A DNA stretch of 64,000 nucleotides from Oscillospiraceae bacterium (GTDB lineage Bacteria > Bacillota > Clostridia > Oscillospirales > Ruminococcaceae). Under the pieces are notes generated by a model that saw only the letters and a program-made list of their open reading frames with translations, did not search any database and was not told the origin of the DNA. Below are positions 39,128 through 48,914 of the stretch, in pieces; position 1 is the stretch's first letter; every line of letters starts with the position of its first letter. The DNA is taken from NCBI GenBank assembly GCA_009778115.1, contig WRKL01000001.1, positions 1-64,000 on the forward strand, read 5' to 3'. Made by a program: the position numbers and the translations under genes.

Positions 39128-39796
39128 TTATTTTCTGGTTCTGTACATCGTTTTATACATATTCCGTCTAATGAGAATATTCTTCACCGCCCGGGTTTCT
39201 TCTACACCCTGCGCTTTGTATGCCATCATCCCCTTCACGCCCTTTTGATATGCCATCAGGGCGGTTTTTTCATCGTATTTATCTAACAAGGGTTTCAATA
39301 TGCTAATCCCTGCTAAAATATTTTGTTTCGGATCAAACAAATTATCTATTCCTTTTTTACTCAGCTTCTCTTTGTGGATTTCGTTTATTTGCATAAGCCC
39401 CCTGTCCACCGTACCATTGGTGTTCTGATTAACAGCTTCCGTCATGAACCGGCTCTCCCCCCATATTAACGCAAGGAGCAATTCGTATTCGATGTTGTTT
39501 TTTTCGCACAATGTATAAATATATTTCTGTAATTCCTTATCCAGCGGTACACCCGGGAGATATACGAAGTTTTCCGTTTTTTCAATTTCGGAGCCGGTTG
39601 CGAGAGGGTTGACCGGCGAAGCGCTTTCGTTAACGGAATTTTGCGGATTTAAGCTGTGTCCGCTGACCGTAAGCTTACGGTCAGGCATATCTGCCGGCAT
39701 TATGCTGCGTGTCAGAAAAGACGTCATGGTGAATATTATTATTGCGACTGTAACGATAAGCAATACGAACGGAATCGCAATTATTAATTTTCGCAT
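39128..39796 (-). CDS. Lytic transglycosylase (SLT domain) with an N-terminal membrane anchor
   Basis: The catalytic Glu lies in LALIWGESRF. MQINE is an SLT motif. Confidence 0.75.
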   Translation of the reverse strand: MRKLIIAIPFVLLIVTVAIIIFTMTSFLTRSIMPADMPDRKLTVSGHSLNPQNSVNESASPVNPLATGSEIEKTENFVYLPGVPLDKELQKYIYTLCEKNNIEYELLLALIWGESRFMTEAVNQNTNGTVDRGLMQINEIHKEKLSKKGIDNLFDPKQNILAGISILKPLLDKYDEKTALMAYQKGVKGMMAYKAQGVEETRAVKNILIRRNMYKTMYRTRK

Positions 39797-40044
39797 ATTC
39801 TAAGCCATCCTTTTTTATGAAATTGCCGTTGAACGGGTGATTTCTTATGTTTTCCCGTGGATAACAGCGTTTTTAAAATTGCCATGCATAATTATAACAA
39901 ATTGTAAAATTATATTTTGTCGAATTTACCGCCGATCTAATTTGTGAATAAATTTCAAATATATTGCAGTTTTATTGAAAATTTGTTGTCTTTAATATAT
40001 AATAGACTTGCAGCATTAAAATAAGGAAATTGGGAGGTGCGCAT

Positions 40045-41388
40045 ATGCCTTTAAAAGTAAATACCGAATACCTTGCGCCGTTTGTCCAAAAGCATGAATA
40101 TGAAGCCCTTGCCGGTTCTGTCAGGTCAGCTCATAATTCCCTGCATGAAAAATCCGGGCTCGGGAGCGAATTTTTAGGATGGCTTTCATTGCCGAAAGAC
40201 TACGATAAACAAGAATTTTTGCGCATAAAAAAAGCCGCGCGTAAAATTAAAAACGACAGCGACGTTTTAATCGTTATCGGAATAGGCGGCTCATATCTGG
40301 GTGCGCGTGCTGCCATTGAGTTCCTTAAATCGCCGTACTACAACAATCTAAAAAAAGACACCCCTGACATATATTTCGCCGGAAATAACCTCAGTTCCGT
40401 TTACCTCAATGAATTGCTGGCTCTGTGCGAAGGCCGCGATTTCTCGATCAATGTCGTATCAAAATCGGGAACCACGGTAGAGCCTGCTTTGGCGTTCAGA
40501 ATATTCCGCGAAAAGCTGGAAAGCAAATACACAAAAGAAGGTGCAAAAAACCGGATTTATTGCACAACAGACAGAGCACGGGGTAATTTGAAATCACTTT
40601 CGGATACCGAAGGGTATGAAACATTTGTGATCCCGGACAATATCGGCGGAAGATTTTCCGTACTGACGGCAGTGGGAATGCTGCCTGCTGCTGTAGCCGG
40701 GATAAATATAGATGCTGTTATGGCAGGTGCGGCTGATGCTATGACAGATTTTGAAAGCAACGATGCAAAACACAATGATTGCTGTAAATATGCCGTATTG
40801 CGCAATATATTTTACAATAAGGGTAAACAAACCGAATTGATGGCGTGTTATGAGCCGCGGCTTACCATGATGGTCGAATGGTACAAACAATTGTTTGGTG
40901 AAAGCGAGGGTAAGGATCACAAAGGATTGTTCCCCGCCGGTGTCGTTTTTTCCACGGATTTGCATTCATTAGGGCAATACATTCAGGACGGTTCACGATC
41001 CCTTTTTGAAACGGTTATTGATGTTAAGGAATCGCCGTCAGATGTATTCATCAAACAAGACCCCTCAAACTTTGACGGTTTGAACTATTTATCCGAACAA
41101 AACATGAGTGTGGTGAACCGGCGTGCTTTTGAGGGAACTGTACTGGCGCACACCCGGGGCGGAGTGCCGAATATTATTATAGAGATACCAAAAATCGACG
41201 AACAAGAGTTTGGGTATATGATATATTTTTTTCAGAAATCCTGTGCTGTTTCTGCTTATATGCTAGGGGTAAACCCTTTCGATCAGCCGGGAGTGGAGGA
41301 TTATAAACGGAATATGTTCGCGTTATTGGGAAAACCGGGGTTCGAACAACTGTCAAAGGAATTAGGCATATTGGATATGCAAAAATAA
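40045..41388 (+). CDS. pgi: Glucose-6-phosphate isomerase
   Basis: It matches the ~450-aa Gram-positive-type PGI ([23 protein letters not shown]). The RBS GGGAGG lies 8 nt upstream of the ATG at 40045. Confidence 0.9.
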   Translation: MPLKVNTEYLAPFVQKHEYEALAGSVRSAHNSLHEKSGLGSEFLGWLSLPKDYDKQEFLRIKKAARKIKNDSDVLIVIGIGGSYLGARAAIEFLKSPYYNNLKKDTPDIYFAGNNLSSVYLNELLALCEGRDFSINVVSKSGTTVEPALAFRIFREKLESKYTKEGAKNRIYCTTDRARGNLKSLSDTEGYETFVIPDNIGGRFSVLTAVGMLPAAVAGINIDAVMAGAADAMTDFESNDAKHNDCCKYAVLRNIFYNKGKQTELMACYEPRLTMMVEWYKQLFGESEGKDHKGLFPAGVVFSTDLHSLGQYIQDGSRSLFETVIDVKESPSDVFIKQDPSNFDGLNYLSEQNMSVVNRRAFEGTVLAHTRGGVPNIIIEIPKIDEQEFGYMIYFFQKSCAVSAYMLGVNPFDQPGVEDYKRNMFALLGKPGFEQLSKELGILDMQK

Positions 41389-41413
41389 AACTAAAATATG
41401 GGAGGGCTTTAGC

Positions 41414-41824
41414 ATGATAAAATTAATTGTAGGAACCAAAGGAACAGGCAAAACAAAGATTCTTATCGACATGATGGAAAAATCCGAAAGAGAATCTAAC
41501 GGTTCTGTGGTTTGCATTGATAAGGGCAGTAAGCTCCGGTTCACGGCAAACCATACTATAAGACTTATCGACATAGAGGATTACGGCATTTCCGGGCATG
41601 AAACTTTCGCCGGTTTTATTCTGGGTGTTCTTGCCGAAAATTATGATATTACGGATATTTTCATTGATTCCCTGATAAAAATAGTGGGACGCGATCTGGA
41701 CAAGCTCGAAAATTTCTTTGCCGGAATCAACAATCATGCCAAAGATGTAAACATAGTCTTCACGGTTTCGGCTGATTTATCCGAATTGCCTGAAAATGTA
41801 AAAAAGCTTGCGATAACGAATTGA
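41414..41824 (+). CDS. Small orphan P-loop NTPase-like protein (136 aa)
   Basis: There is a Walker-A-like VGTKGTGKTKI at residues 6-16. A hydrophobic strand follows, and D/E residues after it give a Walker-B-like IDIEDYG. The RBS GGGAGGG lies upstream. Confidence 0.4.
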   Translation: MIKLIVGTKGTGKTKILIDMMEKSERESNGSVVCIDKGSKLRFTANHTIRLIDIEDYGISGHETFAGFILGVLAENYDITDIFIDSLIKIVGRDLDKLENFFAGINNHAKDVNIVFTVSADLSELPENVKKLAITN

Positions 41825-41936
41825 TACTAATCCCATTTTAAAAACCGTTGAAAACGAGTGAGTAGTTTTTTAAGAAAAACGAATAACGAACGAAGTTTGA
41901 AACGATGATTTTAATGTGAGATTAGTATGAATCCGC

Positions 41937-42590
41937 CTATTTTCTTCGTTTTAATCCGGATTTGATCCAGTCATATAATTCGATAACAGCAAACCTCGGC
42001 TCATATCTCGGGTTGCTTCGGGTTAGTTTGGCGGCCGGGGGGCTAAGCACATCCTCGATCTTTTTGCCGCTCCTTTTGCTTCGCGGGTTTTGTTTGTCTG
42101 CCGTTTTTTTTCTGGCGGCGGGCACGCATAAAGGTGGGTAAAGAACGCACCACCAGTTTTTCCCGGTGCCTTCGCCCAGCGTCACCTGAACGGCGTTGTA
42201 ATTTCCGGCAGGGAGGGTTATGTCCTCGTATGTACGCGTTGTAAAGTACATTTGGACGTGTTCCGCGCTCACATCATATTCGAACCCTTGTTTTGCGATT
42301 TCGTCGGCAGCAACGGATTCTATAATATCCAGTGTCTCCGATGCGTTCTTTTCGGCATCCTGATAATTTTTTGCACTGCGAAAGAACTCCGATGTGTCTC
42401 TCAATATTCGGTCGCGCACCGCAAGTTTGAGTTCCTGATCATTTGCTCCGTCTGAATTCGCCAGTATATGCAGTCTGTATACGTTATTGCGAATATCGTC
42501 ACAGGCTCTGCCGAAGTCCAGCATACTTCCTGTCAGTACCGTAATTATCATCCCGGCAATCAATGCGATTTCGATTTTTTTAATTTTCAA
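41937..42590 (-). CDS. spoIIR: Stage II sporulation protein R (SpoIIR)
   Basis: It has a signal or anchor sequence. RLHILANSD...DQELKL and GKNWWCVLYPPLC are hallmark SpoIIR blocks. Confidence 0.8.
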   Translation of the reverse strand: MKIKKIEIALIAGMIITVLTGSMLDFGRACDDIRNNVYRLHILANSDGANDQELKLAVRDRILRDTSEFFRSAKNYQDAEKNASETLDIIESVAADEIAKQGFEYDVSAEHVQMYFTTRTYEDITLPAGNYNAVQVTLGEGTGKNWWCVLYPPLCVPAARKKTADKQNPRSKRSGKKIEDVLSPPAAKLTRSNPRYEPRFAVIELYDWIKSGLKRRK

Positions 42591-42650
42591 TTTAAATTCC
42601 CGCCTTTTAATTTTTGTACATTAATTATTGGCGGGTTTTCTTTTATGTAT

Positions 42651-43754
42651 TCAAAAATATCGTGAATAATATTCTTTTGTTTCATCGCCGTTATTTTTGT
42701 TTTCGGCAAAACCGTTATTGATAATTTGATCGATTACGATTTTTGCGGCATCAATCGGTATCGCGAATCCTAACCCTTCGATTTCGAACCCTGAGGATTT
42801 TGCATTTACTATTCCTATCAGTTCACCGTACAAATTGAATAAACCTCCGCCTGAATTTCCCGGGTTTATCGCCGTATCGGTTTGCAGCAGTGACATAGTT
42901 TGCCCGTCTATGGTAATTTCACGGTCAAGCGCAGATATTATCCCCGACGTTACGGTTCCGCCCAGCTCTCCCAGAGGATTCCCTATCGCTATGGCTGTTT
43001 GTCCGACGAGCAATCCGGATGACTTCCCAAAAACCGCAGGATGTAAGTTTTCCGCTTCTATTTTTATTAAAGCGAGATCGTTGTTCGGATCCGCTCCGAT
43101 CAGTTCGGCGCTATATTCGCGTTCGTCGCTCAACCTGACTTTTATCAGGCGCGCATCTTTTATTACATGACTGTTGGTAACAATGTAACCGTCCTCAGAT
43201 ATGATTACTCCGCTCCCTGCTCCGCCGCTCACAAATTGCCGCATCCAAATATCGTTGACAACTACCTCGGTGGTTATTTCTACCACCGAACTTTGAACAC
43301 CGGCAATCACATCTTCGACACTCATCTTCTCCCTTACAGCACCATCTTCGGCAGTTTTCAGCGCCGACGGAATCAAATCCTTATTTTCTCCTGCCGGAAA
43401 TTCAGCTGCCCCGGAAATGTCTGCATTGTTTTGGTAATTCATAAGATTCGCTCCCACAAACCCGAAAGCCGCCGAGCCAATCATGCAAACAGCGATCAAC
43501 GCAGCATAAACCCTCATACGCCGGGGGCTTGTTTTTGCGATCCTGCGGACAGGCTTTTGAATATTACCTGATACCGGATAGTATGGTCTATCGTCCGCAA
43601 GGTACACTTCTGCCGCAGGCTTTTCCGCCGCTGTTTCCGGATTTGTGCAAAAACCCCCTTTTATATCCGAGAAGTCATTTTTTTCGTAATTTTCACGGTT
43701 TTCGTAATTTTCACGGTATTCACGGTTTTCACGGTTTTCGTAAATTTCAAACAT
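42651..43754 (-). CDS. Trypsin-like S1C serine protease (HtrA-like, no PDZ) with an N-terminal ENRE(N/Y) tandem repeat
   Basis: The catalytic triad blocks are TNSHV, DLALIK and GNSGGGL. There is a TM anchor. The N-terminus reads YENRENREYRENYENRENYE. Start trimmed from the track ORF's 43793: the ATG at 43754 carries the RBS AAGGAAG. Confidence 0.8.
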   Translation of the reverse strand: MFEIYENRENREYRENYENRENYEKNDFSDIKGGFCTNPETAAEKPAAEVYLADDRPYYPVSGNIQKPVRRIAKTSPRRMRVYAALIAVCMIGSAAFGFVGANLMNYQNNADISGAAEFPAGENKDLIPSALKTAEDGAVREKMSVEDVIAGVQSSVVEITTEVVVNDIWMRQFVSGGAGSGVIISEDGYIVTNSHVIKDARLIKVRLSDEREYSAELIGADPNNDLALIKIEAENLHPAVFGKSSGLLVGQTAIAIGNPLGELGGTVTSGIISALDREITIDGQTMSLLQTDTAINPGNSGGGLFNLYGELIGIVNAKSSGFEIEGLGFAIPIDAAKIVIDQIINNGFAENKNNGDETKEYYSRYF

Positions 43755-44106
43755 TTTAATCTTCCTTTCAAATAATATTTTTTGCCGGCACATAAATCGC
43801 CGGGTTTTGCCGCACGCTTTAAAGTTTTTTTACTTCCCCGGACTTTTTGTGTTGCCTTGAATACCGGAATTATACATAATAAAAAAGGTGAATTAATGTT
43901 GGTTGCGTGAAAATATAAAAGGGATTTATCGAAATTATTTTCATTTTTTATATGTTTGATAATATTCGACAAATTTCGATGTGTGGTATGATATACAATT
44001 CTGCTATCATAAGTTTTCTATCTTCCCGCAATAATGCAATATTTTTTTGCATTATCTTTTTATAACGCCCCATTAGTTTATATTGATCCCAAGCTAAGAA
44101 ATTCCT

Positions 44107-44156
44107 AAAAATCAAGTGAAAGTTTTGATACATGGCTTTTACGCAATTTTTTATCT
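44107..44156 (+). repeat. Direct repeat copy 1 (~50 bp), upstream of a small ORF
   Basis: AAAAATCAAGTGAAAGTTTTGATACATGGCTTTTACGCAATTTTTTAT is ~85% identical to 44537-44586. Confidence 0.6.
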
Positions 44157-44187
44157 GCATTTCCGGTTGGCTCTAGTGTTAGGAGGT

Positions 44188-44475
44188 ATGATTTTGAAGT
44201 ATGAATACAAGGTAGTGACGCAAAACTTAGCTCCGCAACAAATTAAGGATGCACAAAAAACAAAAATTTCACATAAAAATCTATCTATAAAGAACGATGA
44301 CCCCTGCATATCCTACGGAATAAGTGTAAGCGATGAAAACGGTACTGTTGATACCATCATGGATATTCCGCTGGATCTTGAGTATCTTGAAATGCTTGTA
44401 CAGCGATGCAACGAATTGAACTTATGCGTACATCACCTCCGGGATGTTGTGGAAGATTGCATTAAGGATATTTAA
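44188..44475 (+). CDS. Hypothetical small protein (95 aa) flanked by direct repeats
   Basis: AGGAGG lies 7 nt before ATG 44188. The protein is acidic and Cys-containing, with no recognisable domain. Confidence 0.4.
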   Translation: MILKYEYKVVTQNLAPQQIKDAQKTKISHKNLSIKNDDPCISYGISVSDENGTVDTIMDIPLDLEYLEMLVQRCNELNLCVHHLRDVVEDCIKDI

Positions 44476-44536
44476 TTGGGGAGCAACTTTTTAACATCCC
44501 TCTTGTGGATACCAATATCCAATTAAATAGTTAATA

Positions 44537-44586
44537 AAAAATCAAGTGAAAACTTTGATATATGGATTTTACGCCGATTTTTTATA
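44537..44586 (+). repeat. Direct repeat copy 2 (~50 bp). It is bracketed by a 13-bp inverted repeat: ACCAATATCCAAT at ~44504 and ATTGGATATTGGT at ~44597.
   Basis: The sequence is AAAAATCAAGTGAAAACTTTGATATATGGATTTTACGCCGATTTTTTAT. The flanking inverted repeat was seen directly. Confidence 0.6.
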
Positions 44587-44768
44587 GTTACTTTTATTGG
44601 ATATTGGTACGATACTCTCTTTTTCAAATCTATTAAACCTTCGCGGAAACCATATTCTGCGGAATAAAAAATAGACCGTCCCGGTTTCCGGATTATACGG
44701 TCTATTTTTATTTAAGTTAAATAGTTTGGGGATTGGTCTTACACAAGCGGATTGCCAAAAGTAAAAAT

Positions 44769-45758
44769 TTACTTTATGACCTTCAATACATCCTCGAGTT
44801 TTTCACAATAAACATCACAAATAGATTTTGTTCCGCTGGATTCAATATTTCCGCCGCCCACGCCGACTGTCGGGAAATTCCCCAAGCGAACCGAACATAC
44901 ACCTGCGCCGGAATCCTCAATTCCTATAATCTGATTCCTATACTCCGGGTCAATACCCAAACCTACCCGCGCAACTTCGGCATACAGCCACGGATGCGGT
45001 TTCGGCGAAAGTTCGCCCAGTGTTCCGACATCACCCTTGCGCAGCGGAAATCCGGCAGTAATAATCGCATCATAAAAATCTTTCGGATCCCCCATTTTTA
45101 GTGTTCTGAAAGCATCCAGAATTTCCGGCCACGCTTTTTCATACAACCCTGAAGTGACAAGTCCGATTTTCACGCCCATATCTTTAAGTTCCAACAAGAA
45201 CTCCTTGATCCCCTCTACGGGTACGAACGCGCCTTCACGGCCTCTTCCCTCCATAATTTCTTTCATTTCGCGATGGGTATGTTCAAAATAAAATTCGCGA
45301 GCCTTATCAACGGATTCACCGGGACAATATTTTTTTATACAATATTGTAAATGCTCCGAAACACTATGCCCCGAAACGAAGGGCAAATCCGCTTCTTCAA
45401 GCTCAAACCTCGGATTACCCAGCATACTCGCAGTAGTCATTTCTATAATCCAAATCCAAAATTCCTCGCTGCGAACGCTGGTACCGTCCAGATCCATCAT
45501 TACGGCTTTTAAGGGCTTTTCTATTTTTGTTTCTTCTATCGGATAATATGCCGGATAACCCATCGCAGATTTTACATAACAGATAGTTTTATTTTGTTCG
45601 CCGAAAGCAATAAACTCAACTTTTCTGTCGCCGGTTGCGGCAATTTCGGTTACCCCGTTTTTGCCCGTTGCAAAGTTTCCGTCACTGCACGTCTCAAGCC
45701 GGATCAAATCACCGTTCGCCGGGAATGTTCCCAGTTTGGGAAAGATTAAATCGCTCAT
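44769..45758 (-). CDS. HAD-superfamily hydrolase (phosphatase or phosphomutase type) with an extra N-terminal domain
   Basis: HAD motif I is MMDLDGTSV. The start was trimmed to ATG 45758, which has an AAGGAG RBS. It is adjacent to a GH38 mannosidase. Confidence 0.65.
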   Translation of the reverse strand: MSDLIFPKLGTFPANGDLIRLETCSDGNFATGKNGVTEIAATGDRKVEFIAFGEQNKTICYVKSAMGYPAYYPIEETKIEKPLKAVMMDLDGTSVRSEEFWIWIIEMTTASMLGNPRFELEEADLPFVSGHSVSEHLQYCIKKYCPGESVDKAREFYFEHTHREMKEIMEGRGREGAFVPVEGIKEFLLELKDMGVKIGLVTSGLYEKAWPEILDAFRTLKMGDPKDFYDAIITAGFPLRKGDVGTLGELSPKPHPWLYAEVARVGLGIDPEYRNQIIGIEDSGAGVCSVRLGNFPTVGVGGGNIESSGTKSICDVYCEKLEDVLKVIK

Positions 45759-45789
45759 ATTATTCTCCTTTTGTGAATACAAAATGTTT

Positions 45790-48639
45790 TTAATTCAATT
45801 TTAATGTCACAATCTTATGCGGCGCCGCCTTAACGGTGAACTTGCCGCCGTCGACAGCGATGTCTGCTTCTTTTACAGATTCGTCCATACGCAGCTTTGA
45901 CACCGAAGTTACGGGCAATAAACTTTCTGCCGTGACATTAATTTCCCTTTCGGTAGAATTCCACAACCTGACGATCAAACCGTCGCCGTTTTCGGCTTGC
46001 TTGACCGCAGAAACCATAATGTCGCCCGGATCACTGTCAAGTTTCAAAAAGCTCGCGGCAGACGGAAGGCTTCCTGCTCTCGACACCCCTTGAACGGCTT
46101 TAATATCTACTTTATAGTCATACGCCGTTGTAAGCACTTCGCCGGTTCTCCAGTCGCCGGAATGGGGATAAAGCGCGTAATTATATTCAAGATCACCAAA
46201 GGAATGCTGTCCGGTATGTTTGTCCAGCTCTTCAACATTCATATTAGCGTTCGCCGTCATATAGGCACGCTGTGTACGCAGCAGTGTAATCGAAATAGTG
46301 CGATTTTCATCGTCCTGGATTTCGTATTCGCGTAAGCCTTTGCTCATAAACGCAAGTCCTTTGTTTTCTCCGCTCAAATCCACAAAGGTTTGCATCGGCT
46401 GGAATGCGAAAAATTGTTCTGCGTTATCCAGATTTATCGTATGCTTAACGGTACGTTTCGCAACATCCCACGCACTTTCCGAAACCGCCCAGTCGGTTTT
46501 TATTCCGCTCGGGAAGTTGACCCACAACTTATGGTCGCGTGCCTCATTACGCAGTTTTGTATTTATCGAGAGATATTTTGCTCCTTTTTCTAACGAGAGT
46601 TTTGTTGTGATCGGAATGTTTTTGTATTCGCGTGTACGATCTCCCTCGTCGATAGTCGCCGCTCCGGGAACACGCAAAGTAAGTTCAATTTTAAACACAC
46701 CACGCAGTTCGTTGGTTTCCATCATTGTGATCGTCGCCTGGCATCCATGACTTGTCACTACATGGTTGCGTGTCGGTTTTACGCTCACATGCGCACTCCC
46801 CACTTCGCCGCTGTCGGTGAAATAGTGCATATTTTCCATCAGATGTCCTGTGTTTTTATCAAGCATGGAGAATGTGCCGTTCTGGTTGATTTTTACCTTG
46901 ATATTTTCGTTTTCCAACGTCCCGCCGTCCCGGGCTATAAGAGGACGGTTCGATCCTATTTCCGGATGATGCACAATATTCGCCGGACGGATCCTCAGAG
47001 CATAGGATGCGTAACCCATCGCCGGAACTTCTGCATCAATCAGCAGACGCAGCCTTTTGGCCGGGAATTTAATAGCCTTGGTGTCGAGTTCCCGTTCGAT
47101 TCCGATAAGTACATCCTCTCTTGAAAGTTCTTCGTATTTTATGATGTTCCCGTCTTTATCCACTATATCATAGAACAAATCGCCCGTGGCTGTACCACCC
47201 ACGCCGGTATCAACGCTCTTGCTCTTTTTCTGCGCCTTGGGTATATCGAGAACGAGCGGCATTACAGACTTGCGCGCAAAAGGCTGGGTATTAAACAATG
47301 TTATCACATGGTCGCTGTCTTTAAAGTCTTTAGCAGTGTCCAGATTGCTGAAAATCGAAATCATGCTGCGCGAAACAACCTCTTCCGCAACGGTTTTGGC
47401 GATCGAAAAGTTATACATCATGTCTTCATGCGCAAGATCTACCGCCGCGCCGCAGATACTGTCATGCGCATGATTTTTTAATAATGCAGACCATGCTCTG
47501 TCCAGATTTGTGCGCGGATATTCCTTACCTAATCTCCAGGCTACGGCTGCCAGAGGTTCGGCAAGGTTGATAAGGTTATTTTCCACTATTTCGTTGAACA
47601 ACTTGATTTTTATACGGGAAGAGTGGGTCGCGCCCAGTAATGCGTTAAACGCTCCGATTTCAGAGGTTGTGTACCGCAATTCCCCTTTGTGCCGGTGCAT
47701 TTCGCTTTCCGGAAGCGCGTCACGGATCGTATCCATATAATCATCAAGTGACATTTGCACAAATTCTATGTCGTCCGAAACAGCGTTCAGTTCGCTAATA
47801 AGTTTAGGCAGGTATTTATAAGGTTCATCGTTATCTTCCATATTCAATGCCAGAAGCTGATCTTTTATCACATAGGGCATAGCCTGATCTGCGGCTTCTT
47901 TTATTGCGGCTTTAAGAACCGCCGGATCATGGTTAAAGTCAAAATCTTCAACCAATGCTACAAACGCTTTATCATAAAGTCCCATATCCGCCGGATGTGC
48001 CGGTTCATGAGCGCGGTCGTAGGTATAACCCAGATCCTTGGAGGGTTTGCCTAAAACCACAGGCTGATGGACATAGAAAAACCAGTTTGTACGGGTAACT
48101 TCATCAAAGGTGCGTAAGGTGTCCAGCGTAGAACCGTCCGAACCCTCCCATTTGAACAACGGAAGTTTCGGCATATGCTTGTTGGTTCCGCGGTAGAATA
48201 TAGCCGTATCAATTCCAAACCCCTGATAAAGCTGCGGCATTTGTGAATGCTGCCCGTAGGAAGTTGCTGTGTAGCCGGATTTCATTCCGCCGCCGAATTC
48301 TGATGACATTCTGTGTCCCAGTAACAGGTTTCTGATAAGGGATTCCGGGGCAACCGTGTTGGTTTCCGGTAAAGTATACCAGTTTACAACGATCATGCGC
48401 CCTGATTTGATAAGCTCGGCAAGTTTTTCTTTCTTTTCCGGACGGATATCGAGATAGTCTTCTAAAACTATCATACCTCCGTCAACGCAAAAGCATTTGT
48501 ATTCGGGTACCGTGTCCAAAACATTGATAATGTTGTCCATCAAATCAACCAAACGAAGCTTGGACTGTTCTGCGGTGTGACGCCACTCCCTGTCCCAGTG
48601 GGTTCCGCTGACAACGTGCATTTGATACTTTTTGCCCAT
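45790..48639 (-). CDS. Glycoside hydrolase family 38 alpha-mannosidase (mannosylglycerate hydrolase-like, cytoplasmic)
   Basis: It is 949 aa. It has the GH38 N-terminal catalytic block HVVSGTHWDREW. There is no signal peptide. The RBS GGAGGG is present. Confidence 0.85.
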   Translation of the reverse strand: MGKKYQMHVVSGTHWDREWRHTAEQSKLRLVDLMDNIINVLDTVPEYKCFCVDGGMIVLEDYLDIRPEKKEKLAELIKSGRMIVVNWYTLPETNTVAPESLIRNLLLGHRMSSEFGGGMKSGYTATSYGQHSQMPQLYQGFGIDTAIFYRGTNKHMPKLPLFKWEGSDGSTLDTLRTFDEVTRTNWFFYVHQPVVLGKPSKDLGYTYDRAHEPAHPADMGLYDKAFVALVEDFDFNHDPAVLKAAIKEAADQAMPYVIKDQLLALNMEDNDEPYKYLPKLISELNAVSDDIEFVQMSLDDYMDTIRDALPESEMHRHKGELRYTTSEIGAFNALLGATHSSRIKIKLFNEIVENNLINLAEPLAAVAWRLGKEYPRTNLDRAWSALLKNHAHDSICGAAVDLAHEDMMYNFSIAKTVAEEVVSRSMISIFSNLDTAKDFKDSDHVITLFNTQPFARKSVMPLVLDIPKAQKKSKSVDTGVGGTATGDLFYDIVDKDGNIIKYEELSREDVLIGIERELDTKAIKFPAKRLRLLIDAEVPAMGYASYALRIRPANIVHHPEIGSNRPLIARDGGTLENENIKVKINQNGTFSMLDKNTGHLMENMHYFTDSGEVGSAHVSVKPTRNHVVTSHGCQATITMMETNELRGVFKIELTLRVPGAATIDEGDRTREYKNIPITTKLSLEKGAKYLSINTKLRNEARDHKLWVNFPSGIKTDWAVSESAWDVAKRTVKHTINLDNAEQFFAFQPMQTFVDLSGENKGLAFMSKGLREYEIQDDENRTISITLLRTQRAYMTANANMNVEELDKHTGQHSFGDLEYNYALYPHSGDWRTGEVLTTAYDYKVDIKAVQGVSRAGSLPSAASFLKLDSDPGDIMVSAVKQAENGDGLIVRLWNSTEREINVTAESLLPVTSVSKLRMDESVKEADIAVDGGKFTVKAAPHKIVTLKLN

Positions 48640-48914
48640 TAATGAGCCCTCCTACATAATCTAAATTTTAAGCAGCCTTCAAAACCCTGTTTATCGCGGA
48701 GCGGGTTTTTAAGGTCACCTTTAGAGACAAAAATCACAGACAGTCCCTATATTATTTCATTATAAAAACTGTCTTAAAATGATACTACACCTTTTTCAAA
48801 GAATTACAATACGAAACAGACAAGGTTTACAAAATGTTCACAACTCTTTCGGGAGACTGGCATTGCAAATTTATTCGGAGTAATCCTAATCAAAATCACT
48901 CCGAATAATTTATT

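Noticed and set aside
48860-48900. Hairpin TTATTCGGAGT-N16-ACTCCGAATAA downstream of ald
   Set aside because: It is probably just the ald terminator. T-runs are weak on the ald strand, so it is not called as a confident feature.
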